A stretch of DNA of 64,000 nt from an uncultured bacterium (GCA_963732385.1 CAVSZB010000007.1:928001-992000), one strand, 5' to 3'. Shown: positions 18,651-28,837, counted from the first letter of the stretch. Notes: a model not told the origin generated them from the letters alone. Made by a program: numbers and translations.

Positions 18651-19475
18651 TCAGGCGTCGATGTCGTGCTGTCCGATGAGGGCGATCAGTTCTTCGTGGA
18701 CGAGCCCGTTCGTCGCCACCAGGTCGGTCGCGCCGGGGCTGTAGGGCACGCCCTTGTGGTCGGTCACCCGCCCCCCCGCCTCCCGCACCAGCAGGATGCC
18801 GGCCGCGACGTCGTAGAGCGGCTGCGGCTCCCCTTTCCCGGCCACCAGCGCATCGAAGCGGGCGTCGGCCAGATAGGCCATCTCCAGCGCGATGGTTCCG
18901 AGGCGCCGCATCTTCATCGTGCCCAGCAGCACCGCCTGCAACAGCGCGGCGTTGGCGATGAAACGCCCCTTCTTCTGCAACTGCGCGCTGACCACCGCCT
19001 CCGCCAGTTCCGTCCGCCCGCTGACCCGCATCTTCGCGCCGTTGAGGCGCGCCCCCTCCCCCGCGGACGCGGTGAAGCTCTCGTCGAGCAACGGGTTGTA
19101 GATGGCGGCGGTAAGGATCTCGTCGCCATCCATCAACGCCACGCTGGTGCAGAAGGCCGGCAGACCGAGCGCGAAATTCAGGGTGCCGTCGATCGGATCG
19201 AGGTGCCAGACCCGCCCCGACGGGGGGCCGTCGGGCTCCGCAGGCCGCCCCTCGCTCCGTCCGTACTCCTCCCCCCAGATCGCATCTTCGGGGAACCGCG
19301 TGCGGATACGCGCCGACAGCAGACGCTCGATTTCCCGGTCGGCCTCCGTGATCGCCTCCCGCCCGTGCTTGAAGCGAAGCGGTCCGGTGCGGCGGAAAAG
19401 GCCGAGCGCGATTTCGCCCGCCTCGCGGCACCAGGTCGTCAGCAGTCTTTCGGTTTCGGGCAGCTTGGGGGTCAT
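18651..19475 (-). CDS. suhB: Inositol monophosphatase family protein
   Basis: ITEADREIE, WGEE, WHLDPIDGTLNF, YDVAAGILLVREAGG. Confidence 0.9.
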   Translation of the reverse strand: MTPKLPETERLLTTWCREAGEIALGLFRRTGPLRFKHGREAITEADREIERLLSARIRTRFPEDAIWGEEYGRSEGRPAEPDGPPSGRVWHLDPIDGTLNFALGLPAFCTSVALMDGDEILTAAIYNPLLDESFTASAGEGARLNGAKMRVSGRTELAEAVVSAQLQKKGRFIANAALLQAVLLGTMKMRRLGTIALEMAYLADARFDALVAGKGEPQPLYDVAAGILLVREAGGRVTDHKGVPYSPGATDLVATNGLVHEELIALIGQHDIDA

Positions 19476-19900
19476 GCGGAGTCCTCTTTTCCGGCCAGGG
19501 GCGGCTCGGGACGCAGACGGGCGGCCAGGGCGGCGAAACCGGCCCGGGCGCTGGCAACGATGGCGGCGATCTCCTCCGGCGTGGCAGCGTCCTGGTGGAT
19601 CCCGGCCACCACGACACAACTCCGGCCGGCAGCGGACGCGAGCAGAGCGGCCCCCTCTTCGGCGAGCAGACCCTCACGGTGGCCAGGAACCGGGCAGAGC
19701 CCGGCATACGCCCCGCGACCGACCCCGTGGGCCGGCGCGCACACGGCCACCGCCCCCGCGTGCGCCTCCCCCCCGGTGACGAGAAGCACCAGATCGCGCC
19801 CCTGCCCCAGCAGCGTGAGCCGGACCGCCGTCCGCCCCTCGCCCAGCGTCAGGTCGGCGAGCGTCGTTCCGGCCGGCACTGTGGTGGGATCGAGGGTCAT
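19472..19900 (-). CDS. LpdD-like (prenylated-flavin chaperone-like) small protein
   Basis: GRDLVLLVTGGEAHAGAVA, VPGHRE, VVVAGIHQDAATPEEI; ATGA overlap with suhB. Confidence 0.7.
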   Translation of the reverse strand: MTLDPTTVPAGTTLADLTLGEGRTAVRLTLLGQGRDLVLLVTGGEAHAGAVAVCAPAHGVGRGAYAGLCPVPGHREGLLAEEGAALLASAAGRSCVVVAGIHQDAATPEEIAAIVASARAGFAALAARLRPEPPLAGKEDSA

Positions 19901-20099
19901 GCCGAACCGGCCTCCCGCCACAACGTCGTCTGGCTGCGGCGTGGCAAGATTGCCTTTGACGCCCGCGACGTCCGCTGGGTAATAAGGTATATTCCCGAGG
20001 GATGGGGGGGAACCAAAACCCGCGTCCGGCCGTTATGAGGCGGATCCCCCCGATCGTCAGCGATCCCGCGACCCGCGTCGCGCCGCCACACGGAGCGCC

Positions 20100-22700
20100 A
20101 TGTCCTCTGCGCGGCCACCTGGCCACCGCAGTTCGCCGCTCGGAAGCTTCCTCGCCTCGCAGGGTCTGCACCTGTTGCTGGGGATCGCGGCCGTGACGGT
20201 GTCGGTGTTTGCCGCGGTGGACGCCTTCCAGCAGCGACCGAACGACGGCACCGTCTGGCTGCTGGGACGGCCGGAGATCGTGGTGCTCGAGACGCCCGTC
20301 CGGCCAGGAGCCTCCCCCTCGCCTTTGCGACCGGACGACCGCATCCTCGGCATCGCCAACCGGCTGGTCGCCTCGCCCCAGGAAGCGGCCTCGCTGCTGC
20401 GCCGCCAGGAGGTCGGGTCCATCGTGCCGTACCTCGTCAGGCGCGACGGCCAGGACCTCATCGTGCCGGTGCGACTGACCCCCTTCCGCGTGGCCGACCG
20501 CCTCTATATTTACAACCTGGTGCTGGCGGTGATCTACATCGCCATCGGCTTCGTCATCTATCTCAAGAGCCTCAACGACCAGGCTGCACGACTCTTCTTT
20601 ACCCTCTGCCTGCTGTTCGGCATCTTTTTCGTGACCAACCTGAACCGCTCCAGCTACTTCTGGGGCGACATCATCACCCAGAACGCCGGCGCCTTCGCCC
20701 GCTTCTGCCTGCCGGCGATCTTCCTCCACTTCTTCCTGGTATTCCCCGAGAAGAAGGTCTTTTCCACGCGCTATCCGTTCGCCGAACCGCTGATCTACCT
20801 GCTGCCCGCGATGTTCTACGTGCGCTTCACGCTCGACCAGTTCTTCGGCTCGCACGCGCCACGCATCGGGGTGGAGCAGTGGCTGGCCCTGGGCATCTTC
20901 TTCTCGGCGGGACTGATCGCGCTGCTGCACAGCTACCACAGCTATCGCGATCCGTTGCAGAAACAGCGGGTGCGCATCCTGACCATCGGCACGGTGACCG
21001 CGGTGGTGCCGTTCCTGGTCTTCAAGGTGGCGCTGGACGAGATGACCGCCAATTCCAACCTGGCGTTCCTCGGCATCGTCCCGCTCGTGGCCATTCCGGC
21101 CTCGTTCGGCTACTGCATCGCGCGCTACCGCGTGATGCAGGTGGAGGTGATACTCAAGCGGAGCCTGATCTACACCGTGCTGACCAGCGGGGTCGTGGCG
21201 TTCTACTTCGTGCTCACGCTCGGCCTGGGCGTGCTGTTCGTGCGCCTCAGCCGGCAGACGAGCCAGATCGTGCTGGTCGGCGCCACCCTTGGCATCGCGG
21301 CGCTGCTCTGGCCGGCCCGCTCCCGCGTGCAGGACCTGCTCGACCGCCGCTTCTTCCGCACCCGCTCCCACCTCGCGAGCGTGCTGCAGGACTTCAGTCG
21401 CGAGATCCCGCGCCTGATCCAGCGCGAAGTGCTGCTGCAGAGGGTCGGCGCCCGGCTGTGCCGGGTGCTCGACCTGCCGGCGCTGGCCGTCTACCTGCGC
21501 GACGACTCCGGCCCGCAGGTCGTCTGGCGTATCGCCGGCTGCATCACGCCGGAGCCCGATCCGGCGGTGACGCCGGAGCGGGGCCGCCCCGCCCCCGCCT
21601 TTCCGTCGGAGCTGGCGCTGGCCACGAGCTCGCCCCGGCTGGAACGGTTCAACGAACCGCTCTGGGTCGAGGCGCCGGGCACGCGGCTCGACGAGTTGTC
21701 GCCGGCCATCACGCGCGAGCAGGAGGAACTGGCGCAGCGACTCGTCGAGCAGGAGATGCTGGCCCGCGCCGGGCTGGCCCTCCTGGTGCCGCTCGCCTCG
21801 CAGGGGCGCCTCGTGGGCCTGTTCGCGCTGCCGCACAAGCACAGCGACGATGTCTTCCAGGTGCAGGATCTCGACCTGCTCACGATCGTGGCCGGCCAGG
21901 TGGCGCTGCAGGTGGAGAACAGCCGCCTCTACGAGGAGGAAATCGAGAAGCAGAAGCTGGAGGAGCAACTCGCGCTGGCGCGCTCGATCCAGAGCCGCCT
22001 GCTGCCGGGCCGCATCCCCGCCGTGTCGGGCGTCGAGCTGTCCGCGGTCAATATCTCCAGCGCCCAGGTCAGCGGCGACTACTACGACCTTATCGAACGC
22101 CATGACGGCTGCCTCGGCCTCGTCGTCAGCGACGTCAGCGGCAAGGGCATCCCGGCCAGCCTGCTCGCCTCCAGCCTCCAGGCAGCGCTGCGGGCGCACT
22201 GCGACAGCAACGATCCCCCCGGCCTGATCCTGGAGCGGATGAACCGCAATCTGCACGCCAGCACCGATGCCCAGCACTTCGCCACCCTGTTTCTGGGTTT
22301 TTTCGACCCCCGGACCCGGTGCCTGCGCTACAGCTCGGGCGGCCACAATCCCCCGGTCCTGCGCCGTCGCGACGGCACGATCGTACTGCTCGAGGAAGGG
22401 GGGCTGCCGCTGGGCGCCTTCGGCTTCGGCAGCTACGCCGAGGGAGAGGTGGCTCTGGGGTCCGGGGATGTGCTGCTGCTCTACACCGACGGTCTGACGG
22501 AAAGCTGCAACGACGCGGGCGAGGAGTTCGGCGTGGAGCGCGTGACCGAGGCGCTGCACCTGCACCATGAGCTGCCGGCCGCCGAGTTCATCGACCGGCT
22601 CGGCGAGGCGCGCAAGCGCTTCAGCGGGCGAGCCGAAGCGGACGACGACGTTACGCTGGTGGCTCTCAAGATCAGGCCGGCACCGGCCGCCGTGGCGTGA
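20100..22700 (+). CDS. Membrane sensor: PDZ-like, multi-TM, GAF and PP2C/SpoIIE (RsbU-type) phosphatase domains
   Basis: LRPDDRILGI..YLVRRDG; YCIARYR; DLDLL..AGQVALQVENSRLYEE; VSGDYYD, SDVSGKG, GHNPP, LYTDGL, DDVT. Confidence 0.9.
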   Translation: MSSARPPGHRSSPLGSFLASQGLHLLLGIAAVTVSVFAAVDAFQQRPNDGTVWLLGRPEIVVLETPVRPGASPSPLRPDDRILGIANRLVASPQEAASLLRRQEVGSIVPYLVRRDGQDLIVPVRLTPFRVADRLYIYNLVLAVIYIAIGFVIYLKSLNDQAARLFFTLCLLFGIFFVTNLNRSSYFWGDIITQNAGAFARFCLPAIFLHFFLVFPEKKVFSTRYPFAEPLIYLLPAMFYVRFTLDQFFGSHAPRIGVEQWLALGIFFSAGLIALLHSYHSYRDPLQKQRVRILTIGTVTAVVPFLVFKVALDEMTANSNLAFLGIVPLVAIPASFGYCIARYRVMQVEVILKRSLIYTVLTSGVVAFYFVLTLGLGVLFVRLSRQTSQIVLVGATLGIAALLWPARSRVQDLLDRRFFRTRSHLASVLQDFSREIPRLIQREVLLQRVGARLCRVLDLPALAVYLRDDSGPQVVWRIAGCITPEPDPAVTPERGRPAPAFPSELALATSSPRLERFNEPLWVEAPGTRLDELSPAITREQEELAQRLVEQEMLARAGLALLVPLASQGRLVGLFALPHKHSDDVFQVQDLDLLTIVAGQVALQVENSRLYEEEIEKQKLEEQLALARSIQSRLLPGRIPAVSGVELSAVNISSAQVSGDYYDLIERHDGCLGLVVSDVSGKGIPASLLASSLQAALRAHCDSNDPPGLILERMNRNLHASTDAQHFATLFLGFFDPRTRCLRYSSGGHNPPVLRRRDGTIVLLEEGGLPLGAFGFGSYAEGEVALGSGDVLLLYTDGLTESCNDAGEEFGVERVTEALHLHHELPAAEFIDRLGEARKRFSGRAEADDDVTLVALKIRPAPAAVA

Positions 22701-22713
22701 AACGAGACGCATC

Positions 22714-24201
22714 ATGAGACGACCCAGGCTCTCGATGATCCTTACCGCCGTCGCATTGGCGGCCCTTTCCATCCTCTGGGCCCGCTGGAACCGGCCGCCC
22801 GAGGGGCTGACCACGACCTCCCGCGAGGCCGCCGACCGGTTCAGGTCGGGCGATGCCGACGCGCGCTCGTTCCGCTGGCAGGCCGCCGAACAGGCACTCA
22901 CCGACGCCGTGCGGATCGACCCCGGTTTCGCCATGGCCCGCGCCGCGCTCGCCGATGTGCAGCGCCGCCTCGGCCGCGCCAGGGCGGCCGACGCGGAAGC
23001 GGGGCGCGCGGACAGTCTGGCCCGCCTGCTCCCTGCCGGCCCCGAGCGCTGGACGGTCCAGCTGCGGCTGACCCTGGCCGACAAGCGTTTCGCCGCCGAC
23101 CGCGACTCGCTGCTGAGCCTGCTCGCCGCGGCGCAGCCGCACAGCCCGTTCGTGGCCAGAATGCGGGCGCTCGCCGCCGGCAGCCGACGCGATCCCGCCG
23201 TCGAGGAGGCGGCGTGGCGGGAGGTCCTGCGCCTCGAGCCGAACGACGCCAACGCCTGGAACCAGCTCGGCTACCTGGCAGCGCGCGGCGGACGCTACGA
23301 GGAGGCGCGTTCCCATCTCCGGCACTACGCGTTCCTCGCGCCCGAGCTGGCGAACCCTCACGATTCGCTCGGCGAGATCCTCACCTGGACGGGCGATTAT
23401 GAAACGGCAGAGCAGGAGCTGCTGCAGGCGTTGCGGCTGCAGCCGGACTTCTTCCCCTCCCTGCTCAATCTGGCCGTGGTGTATATCGAGGAGGGGCAGC
23501 TCACCCGGGGCATCGGCCTGCTTGAGCAGGTCCGCGCGCAGATCGCCGGCACCGACTGGGAGATGCGGGTCGACAGCCTGCTGCTGCAGACCTACTACGA
23601 CCAGGGCCTCGTGGCCCCGCTGCGCCGGCAGCTCGACCGCTGGATCGAACATTACCCGGATCAGCCGGAAACCGGATTCTACCGCGCCCTCTCCGCGGCG
23701 CTGGACGGCCGCTATGCGGCGGCGCAGGCCGCCTGCGACAGCTTCCTGGCGAGAGCCGAACGGGAGCCCCCCGCGAGCCGGGACGGTCGCTTCCGGGAAC
23801 GCCTCACCATGCTGCGCCACAACTTCGCCGCGATCACGGCGCGTCTGCAGGGGGACGGCGCCACGGCGGCGGCGCAGTATGCCCAGGCGCTCGCCGCCAC
23901 CGCCGCCTGGCCGCCGCACGAGGTGTGGCCGCTGCACCTGCGCTACGGCGAAACGCTGCGCCCCCTCGACCGCGGGGAAGAGGCGCTCGCGCAGGCCCGC
24001 CTCATCCTGGACATCAACCCGCGCCGCATCGGCGCGCTGGTGCTGGAGACGAAGGCGTTCGTCTCACTCGGCCGCCGGGACGAGGCCCGCGCCGCGCTGA
24101 TCCGGCTGCGCGCCGCCCTCGCGCACGCCGACCGCGATCTGCCGGCGATGGCCGTCACCGACAGCCTCGTCGCCCTGCTCGACGCGCATCCCCCGTCCTG
24201 A
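22714..24201 (+). CDS. Membrane-anchored TPR protein
   Basis: N-terminal TM; IDPGFAMA, LEPNDANAWNQLGY, ANPHDSLGE, LQPDF. Confidence 0.8.
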   Translation: MRRPRLSMILTAVALAALSILWARWNRPPEGLTTTSREAADRFRSGDADARSFRWQAAEQALTDAVRIDPGFAMARAALADVQRRLGRARAADAEAGRADSLARLLPAGPERWTVQLRLTLADKRFAADRDSLLSLLAAAQPHSPFVARMRALAAGSRRDPAVEEAAWREVLRLEPNDANAWNQLGYLAARGGRYEEARSHLRHYAFLAPELANPHDSLGEILTWTGDYETAEQELLQALRLQPDFFPSLLNLAVVYIEEGQLTRGIGLLEQVRAQIAGTDWEMRVDSLLLQTYYDQGLVAPLRRQLDRWIEHYPDQPETGFYRALSAALDGRYAAAQAACDSFLARAEREPPASRDGRFRERLTMLRHNFAAITARLQGDGATAAAQYAQALAATAAWPPHEVWPLHLRYGETLRPLDRGEEALAQARLILDINPRRIGALVLETKAFVSLGRRDEARAALIRLRAALAHADRDLPAMAVTDSLVALLDAHPPS

Positions 24202-24212
24202 GTCGCGCCGGC

Positions 24213-25283
24213 TCAGACCTCCGCGAAGAAGAACGGTTTGAGACACTGGATGATCTTCTCGTAGGTCTCCGGGTAGAGCGCCCAGGTCGTCGCCGCGACG
24301 GAACTGAGCAGGCTGTTGCCATCCTGCGGCGTGAAACAGAAACCGGTGATGTCCCGGCCGTCTTCGGACACGTGCAGCCCCTTGTAGGGAATCACCGTCT
24401 GGTTGAGGATTCGGCCATAGAAACCATGGTCGCGCCCGAAGGAGAAGATCGCGTTGGCGGACTTCTTGTGGGTCATGGCGATGCGATCGTTGGCGCGGAT
24501 GCGGGCCATCAACTCCGCGTGGGTGACGGGACGACGCACCTTGAGATGGAACTGGATGACGTGCATCAACTGGGAGTTCAGTTTCATCGCCGAGGAGAAC
24601 AGGTTCAGGTCCCAGTTTAGGGTCTTGAACAGATGCCAGGCGTCGCGGGCGTGGTGCGTGCCGAACTTGGCGTCGCCATGCGAGCCGATTTCCGGGCTGG
24701 GGCAGAACTTGTCATCCTGACTGATGTCATTGGCGCGGCGGATGCAGACGAAGCGTCCCTCGACCAGATTGTCGGGCCCCTCGTCGCCGATCCCCAGGGT
24801 ATGGATCAGCAGCGACAGGTTGTGCGTATTGCAGCTGACCACCTGCAGGTACTTGTCGCCGACGCGGTCGAGCGCCTGATCGTTGACGCCGCGCGCGTAC
24901 GGCTTCCCGAAACCGAACTCGCTGCCCTGGGCAATGAAGAGATCGGTGCCGGACTCGTACTGCCGATACCACTTCTCCTTCATGTCGTTGCCCGACGGCG
25001 TGCAGTCTATGACCACCCGGGCCGCGGTGAGCGCCTCCTCGGTCGTCAGCGCCACCGGCACGCCGATTTTCTCGAATTCCGCGATCTTGTCGGCGTCCGT
25101 GGCCAGCCGCGCGCCGCGGCGGGTCAGATCGAGCACCTTGCTGCGATCCGTCAGTAGCGGCGTGCGCTTGTGCACGACCACTTCATCGATGCCGAGTTGA
25201 TCCCTGAAGTGGCTCAGCAGGCCGACCAGCGGCTCACCGATGGTACCGGTACCCACGACCAGGACTGTCTTCGTGCCCAGCAT
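24213..25283 (-). CDS. Archaeal-type (class II) glyceraldehyde-3-phosphate dehydrogenase-like protein
   Basis: GTGTIG, VIDCTP, AQGSE, QVVSCNTHNL, RRAND, THHARDA, PQDGN. Confidence 0.7.
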   Translation of the reverse strand: MLGTKTVLVVGTGTIGEPLVGLLSHFRDQLGIDEVVVHKRTPLLTDRSKVLDLTRRGARLATDADKIAEFEKIGVPVALTTEEALTAARVVIDCTPSGNDMKEKWYRQYESGTDLFIAQGSEFGFGKPYARGVNDQALDRVGDKYLQVVSCNTHNLSLLIHTLGIGDEGPDNLVEGRFVCIRRANDISQDDKFCPSPEIGSHGDAKFGTHHARDAWHLFKTLNWDLNLFSSAMKLNSQLMHVIQFHLKVRRPVTHAELMARIRANDRIAMTHKKSANAIFSFGRDHGFYGRILNQTVIPYKGLHVSEDGRDITGFCFTPQDGNSLLSSVAATTWALYPETYEKIIQCLKPFFFAEV

Positions 25284-25335
25284 ATGTTCCTCCCCGGGCG
25301 ATGATCACGCCGGACGCCCGCCTCCGGCCCGGGCG

Positions 25336-25884
25336 TCAGCCGACGCCCGCCAGGTAAGGCCGCCAGGCGGCCACTTCGCCCTCAGCCCAGCGCCGGCGAT
25401 TGAGCCAGGCCAGGTTCCACTGGGGGGCGCGCGGTCTGGTCGTCAGGGTCAGGCCGGCCTCGACCGGCGTGCGGTCCCCCTTGCGTACGTTGCAGGCCAG
25501 GCAGGCGGCCACGCAGTTCTCCCAGGCGTCCGCCGCACCGGCGGGCAGCCTGGACCGGGGAATCACGTGATCGATCGTCAGCGGCCGGTCGTCAGCGCCG
25601 CAGTACTGACAACTCCAGCCGTCGCGGGCGAGGATGTTGCGCTTGCTGAGTTTCACGCGGAAATGACGCCACCCCTGGTGGGCCACCGCGATCAGGAGGC
25701 GGATCACCCGCGGCACCTGCAGCACCAGACGCTCCGAGCGCAGGCTCACCCCCTCGTCCGCCTGCAGCACGACGGCCTTGCCGGTGCAGACGAGCGATAC
25801 CGCCCGCTTCAGATTGATCACGTTGACCGGTTGGTACCCGGCGTCCAGGACCAGCACCGGCCGGGAAAGGGAAATCCCAGACAT
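25336..25884 (-). CDS. HNH endonuclease
   Basis: VLVLDAGYQP, NILARDGWSCQYCG, TIDHVIPRS, WENCVAACLACNVRKGDRTP. Confidence 0.92.
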   Translation of the reverse strand: MSGISLSRPVLVLDAGYQPVNVINLKRAVSLVCTGKAVVLQADEGVSLRSERLVLQVPRVIRLLIAVAHQGWRHFRVKLSKRNILARDGWSCQYCGADDRPLTIDHVIPRSRLPAGAADAWENCVAACLACNVRKGDRTPVEAGLTLTTRPRAPQWNLAWLNRRRWAEGEVAAWRPYLAGVG

Positions 25885-25966
25885 GGGTGCCAGCCTAGCA
25901 CGGCCGGGCCCCTCCGGCCAGCGGCAAGCCGGCGCGCCGGACGCCCCCATCCGCGGTCGGCCCGGC

Positions 25967-27358
25967 TCACGACTCGTGGGCCATCCGCTCGCCGGGGTTG
26001 ACGAAGAAACGGTCCGTGGGATACGCGCGGAAATTGCTTACCCGGCTCGTGTAGATGCAGGCGAAGTTCTTGACCTGCGCGCCGAAACGGCTGGCCGCGC
26101 GGCCCTCCTTGAACAGCGATCCCCAGTATGGGTTGAAGCCGGCCGAGATCCGCCGCTGCAGGGCGCCCCGCCGCTGCAGCGCCTCGGCGACCTCCGCCTC
26201 GAGCGCCGCCGGCACCGCCGCCGCCGGACCGCCGCCGTTGCGCAACCGGTCCCGCTCCAGTTCCAGATCCTCGAGCCGCGCCTCGAGCTCCTCGAGGACG
26301 TGGATCTCCCCGCGCAGACGCCGCAGGGCGAGGACCTCCCGCTCGAGCTCGGGCACGATCATGGCGGTGCGCCAGCCGACCGATTTCTTGCTGCGCAGGA
26401 TGTCGCCGAAGGTGTGGTCGCCGAAGTAGAGGATCGCGTCACCGAAGGCGCCAAGTTTGGACTCCAGGAAGAAAGCGTCGCCGCCCACGTGGCAGTTGCC
26501 ATGCCGGTTGGCCAGCCCCGGCACCTGGTCGCGTGGCACGCCCCGCCCCTTCCCCTGCGGCACGAAGAAGTCCGGTTTGCGCGCCGAGCAGATCACGAGG
26601 TCGAAAATTTCGTCGAGCGGGGCCCCTTCGTCCTGCAGGAGGTGCCCCATCACCGCCGCCGTGTACTCCACCTCGGAATTCGTGAGCAGGAACAGCTGCT
26701 TGCCGGCCGCCTTGAAACGGCGCAGCGTCTCGCCGAGCCCGGGGTCGCGCACGAAGAAGCGGTCGAGGTCGGCCATGATCATCCGCTTGAGGGTGCCGTC
26801 GCGGTGGATCGTGTCGATCGCTTCGCGGATGTCGTTGAACAGGACGCGGTAACTCTGGCCCACCAGTTCGGGCCGTTCGTCCTTGAGCTTCACGAGGCCG
26901 ATGTAGAGACACCCCTCGGGCAGGTCGAACAGCGTGTCGAAGATGCGATAGCGGTCGGCGCCCAGCCGCAGGCGGCCGCGCTTGTAGACCTCGCGCCGCT
27001 CCTCGCGCGCCAGCGAGCGCGCCCCGTGCCGGACCCGCGACACGTAACCATAAGCGTCGGTCTTGAGGATGTTGCCGAGCCGCTTGTCGACCAGCAGTCC
27101 GCGCTGCACCTGTTCCGGTTCGTATCCGAGCCCGCGGATCACCTCGGGATAGCCCTTGCGGGTGACCAGCAGGTCGAGCGCGAGATCGAAGCAGAGGCGT
27201 TCGAATGTCGCGGCGTTGTAGAGCGCGAGAGTGTGATCCATGTCGAAGCCGATCGCGGTGATCGAGCTCATGCGCAGGTTGCGATTGACGTAGATCCGCA
27301 ATTCGGAAGGCGGCACGGTCACGTCCGGAGCGATCGCCCCGGGGGAATCGTCTGGCAT
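25967..27358 (-). CDS. HAD-superfamily cytosolic 5'-nucleotidase II (cN-II-like)
   Basis: IYVNRNL, IGFDMDHTLALY, FLLTNS, ARKPDFF, LYFGDHTFGDI, GWRTAMIVPEL, FNPYWGSLF, YTSRVSN. Confidence 0.92.
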   Translation of the reverse strand: MPDDSPGAIAPDVTVPPSELRIYVNRNLRMSSITAIGFDMDHTLALYNAATFERLCFDLALDLLVTRKGYPEVIRGLGYEPEQVQRGLLVDKRLGNILKTDAYGYVSRVRHGARSLAREERREVYKRGRLRLGADRYRIFDTLFDLPEGCLYIGLVKLKDERPELVGQSYRVLFNDIREAIDTIHRDGTLKRMIMADLDRFFVRDPGLGETLRRFKAAGKQLFLLTNSEVEYTAAVMGHLLQDEGAPLDEIFDLVICSARKPDFFVPQGKGRGVPRDQVPGLANRHGNCHVGGDAFFLESKLGAFGDAILYFGDHTFGDILRSKKSVGWRTAMIVPELEREVLALRRLRGEIHVLEELEARLEDLELERDRLRNGGGPAAAVPAALEAEVAEALQRRGALQRRISAGFNPYWGSLFKEGRAASRFGAQVKNFACIYTSRVSNFRAYPTDRFFVNPGERMAHES

Positions 27359-27372
27359 GGGGGGAACCCTCC

Positions 27373-28779
27373 CTAGAGGGCCGGTTGCGGCTGCGGGAGC
27401 GCGGCGGGCGCCCCGCCCGCGGCACCGGCACACGCCGGGTGCTCGGGGAAGTGGACGGCGACCTGTCGCCGCCAGCTGGCGGCGTTGTCATGGAATCCTA
27501 ACTCATCCAGGACCACACTGCCACGCAACCATGCGCGATGATTCCACTCGCTGGTGGTCACGGCGCGCAGGTAGAGCTGGAGGGCCCGCTTGCGATCGCC
27601 GGCGCACCGCGCGCATTCGGCCAGTCCGAGCCAGGCCGACGAGTAGCCGCCGTCGATCGTGAGGGCCTTCTCGAACAGTTCCGACGCCTCGTCCACACGC
27701 CCTTCCAGCAGCGCCAGTTCCCCTTCGTAGCGCAGCGGATAGAGATTCCAGCCGCGCGGGTCTGCCGGCAGCCCGTCCGGCGGCAGATCGCCCTCGCGCA
27801 GGCGGACGATTTCGCGGCGCGTGTCGGCGGCCAGGCGACGCGCCTGCTCCGGCGGCAGGTCCGCGCCCGATTCGGAAAGCAGACGCGTGGCGGCCGCGAT
27901 CTCCACCAGCGTCACGGCCGGATGCGGTCCCCACTCCCGCAGCCCCGCCGCCACCGCCGCCAGGGCGCCGCCGGCGTCACCGGCCGCGAGCCGGCAGGAC
28001 GCCAGGCGGGCGATCAGATCGGCGCCATAGGACAGACCGCTCCGCTCGGCGGGCGGCAGGGCCAGCGCCTTCAGCCAGGCGCGCTCCAGCGCCGCCAGCG
28101 TGGCGGCGAGTCCGGCGACCGGCAGCACCTCGTCGTCGAGCGTGACCAGGCTTTCGCGCGCAAGCTGGTAATCGAAGTACGGTTCGGATGGATATTCCTG
28201 GATGGCGCGGCGCAGGATACGCTGATTGCGCTCGCGACGGTCGGCAACCCCCGCCCGGGCGGACCTCGTGTGCACGACGACGACCGGGGCGTCCAGGATC
28301 GCCTGGCCGCGTTCGGCGGCCCATCCGGCCAGCGCCGGCGCGATCTGCTCGTGGATCGGATACCGGAAGCGCACTTCTGGCTGATTGCGGAACAGCCGCA
28401 CCGGACGGGACGCGGCGAGGGCGTCGGTCGGGGCGTCGACCCGCTCGACACGGTACCCGGCGGCGGCCTCGTTGGCGAGCAGGCGCTGGAAATCGATCGG
28501 GCGCAGCGGCTCGAGCCGTTCATCGGCATCGAGGATCAGCACCCAGTCGCCGAACGCCTCGTCCAGGGCGGCGTTGCGGGCGGCGGCGAAATCGTCGCGC
28601 CACGCGAAATCGACAATGCGCGCCCCGTACCCCTCGGCGATGATCCGGGTGTTGTCCCGGGAGCCGGTATCGACGACGATCACTTCGTCGACCAGGGCCA
28701 GGGCCGACTTGATGGCCTGGCCGATCGCGCCCTCTTCGTCGCGGGCGATCAGACAGAGGCTGACGGTTCTGCGTTTCAT
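27373..28779 (-). CDS. Family 2 glycosyltransferase with C-terminal TPR repeats
   Basis: SLCLIARDEE, VVDTGSRD, DFAAARN, LILDADE, RLFRN..IHE; TPR-like C-terminus. Confidence 0.9.
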   Translation of the reverse strand: MKRRTVSLCLIARDEEGAIGQAIKSALALVDEVIVVDTGSRDNTRIIAEGYGARIVDFAWRDDFAAARNAALDEAFGDWVLILDADERLEPLRPIDFQRLLANEAAAGYRVERVDAPTDALAASRPVRLFRNQPEVRFRYPIHEQIAPALAGWAAERGQAILDAPVVVVHTRSARAGVADRRERNQRILRRAIQEYPSEPYFDYQLARESLVTLDDEVLPVAGLAATLAALERAWLKALALPPAERSGLSYGADLIARLASCRLAAGDAGGALAAVAAGLREWGPHPAVTLVEIAAATRLLSESGADLPPEQARRLAADTRREIVRLREGDLPPDGLPADPRGWNLYPLRYEGELALLEGRVDEASELFEKALTIDGGYSSAWLGLAECARCAGDRKRALQLYLRAVTTSEWNHRAWLRGSVVLDELGFHDNAASWRRQVAVHFPEHPACAGAAGGAPAALPQPQPAL

Positions 28780-28837
28780 GCGCTCCGCTTTGCAGACGCC
28801 ACCGCGGCGGGAAATATGCGATTCCGGTCCCGATGAG

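Noticed and set aside
17152..19707. 851-aa minus-strand ORF
   Set aside because: No motifs; overlaps the CHAT-like, suhB and lpdD-like genes
19674..23252. 1192-aa minus-strand ORF
   Set aside because: Antisense shadow of the PP2C sensor and TPR genes
25336..25884. HNH nuclease as a defence system or mobile element
   Set aside because: Common stand-alone HNH family; no flanking repeats, methylase or other defence genes
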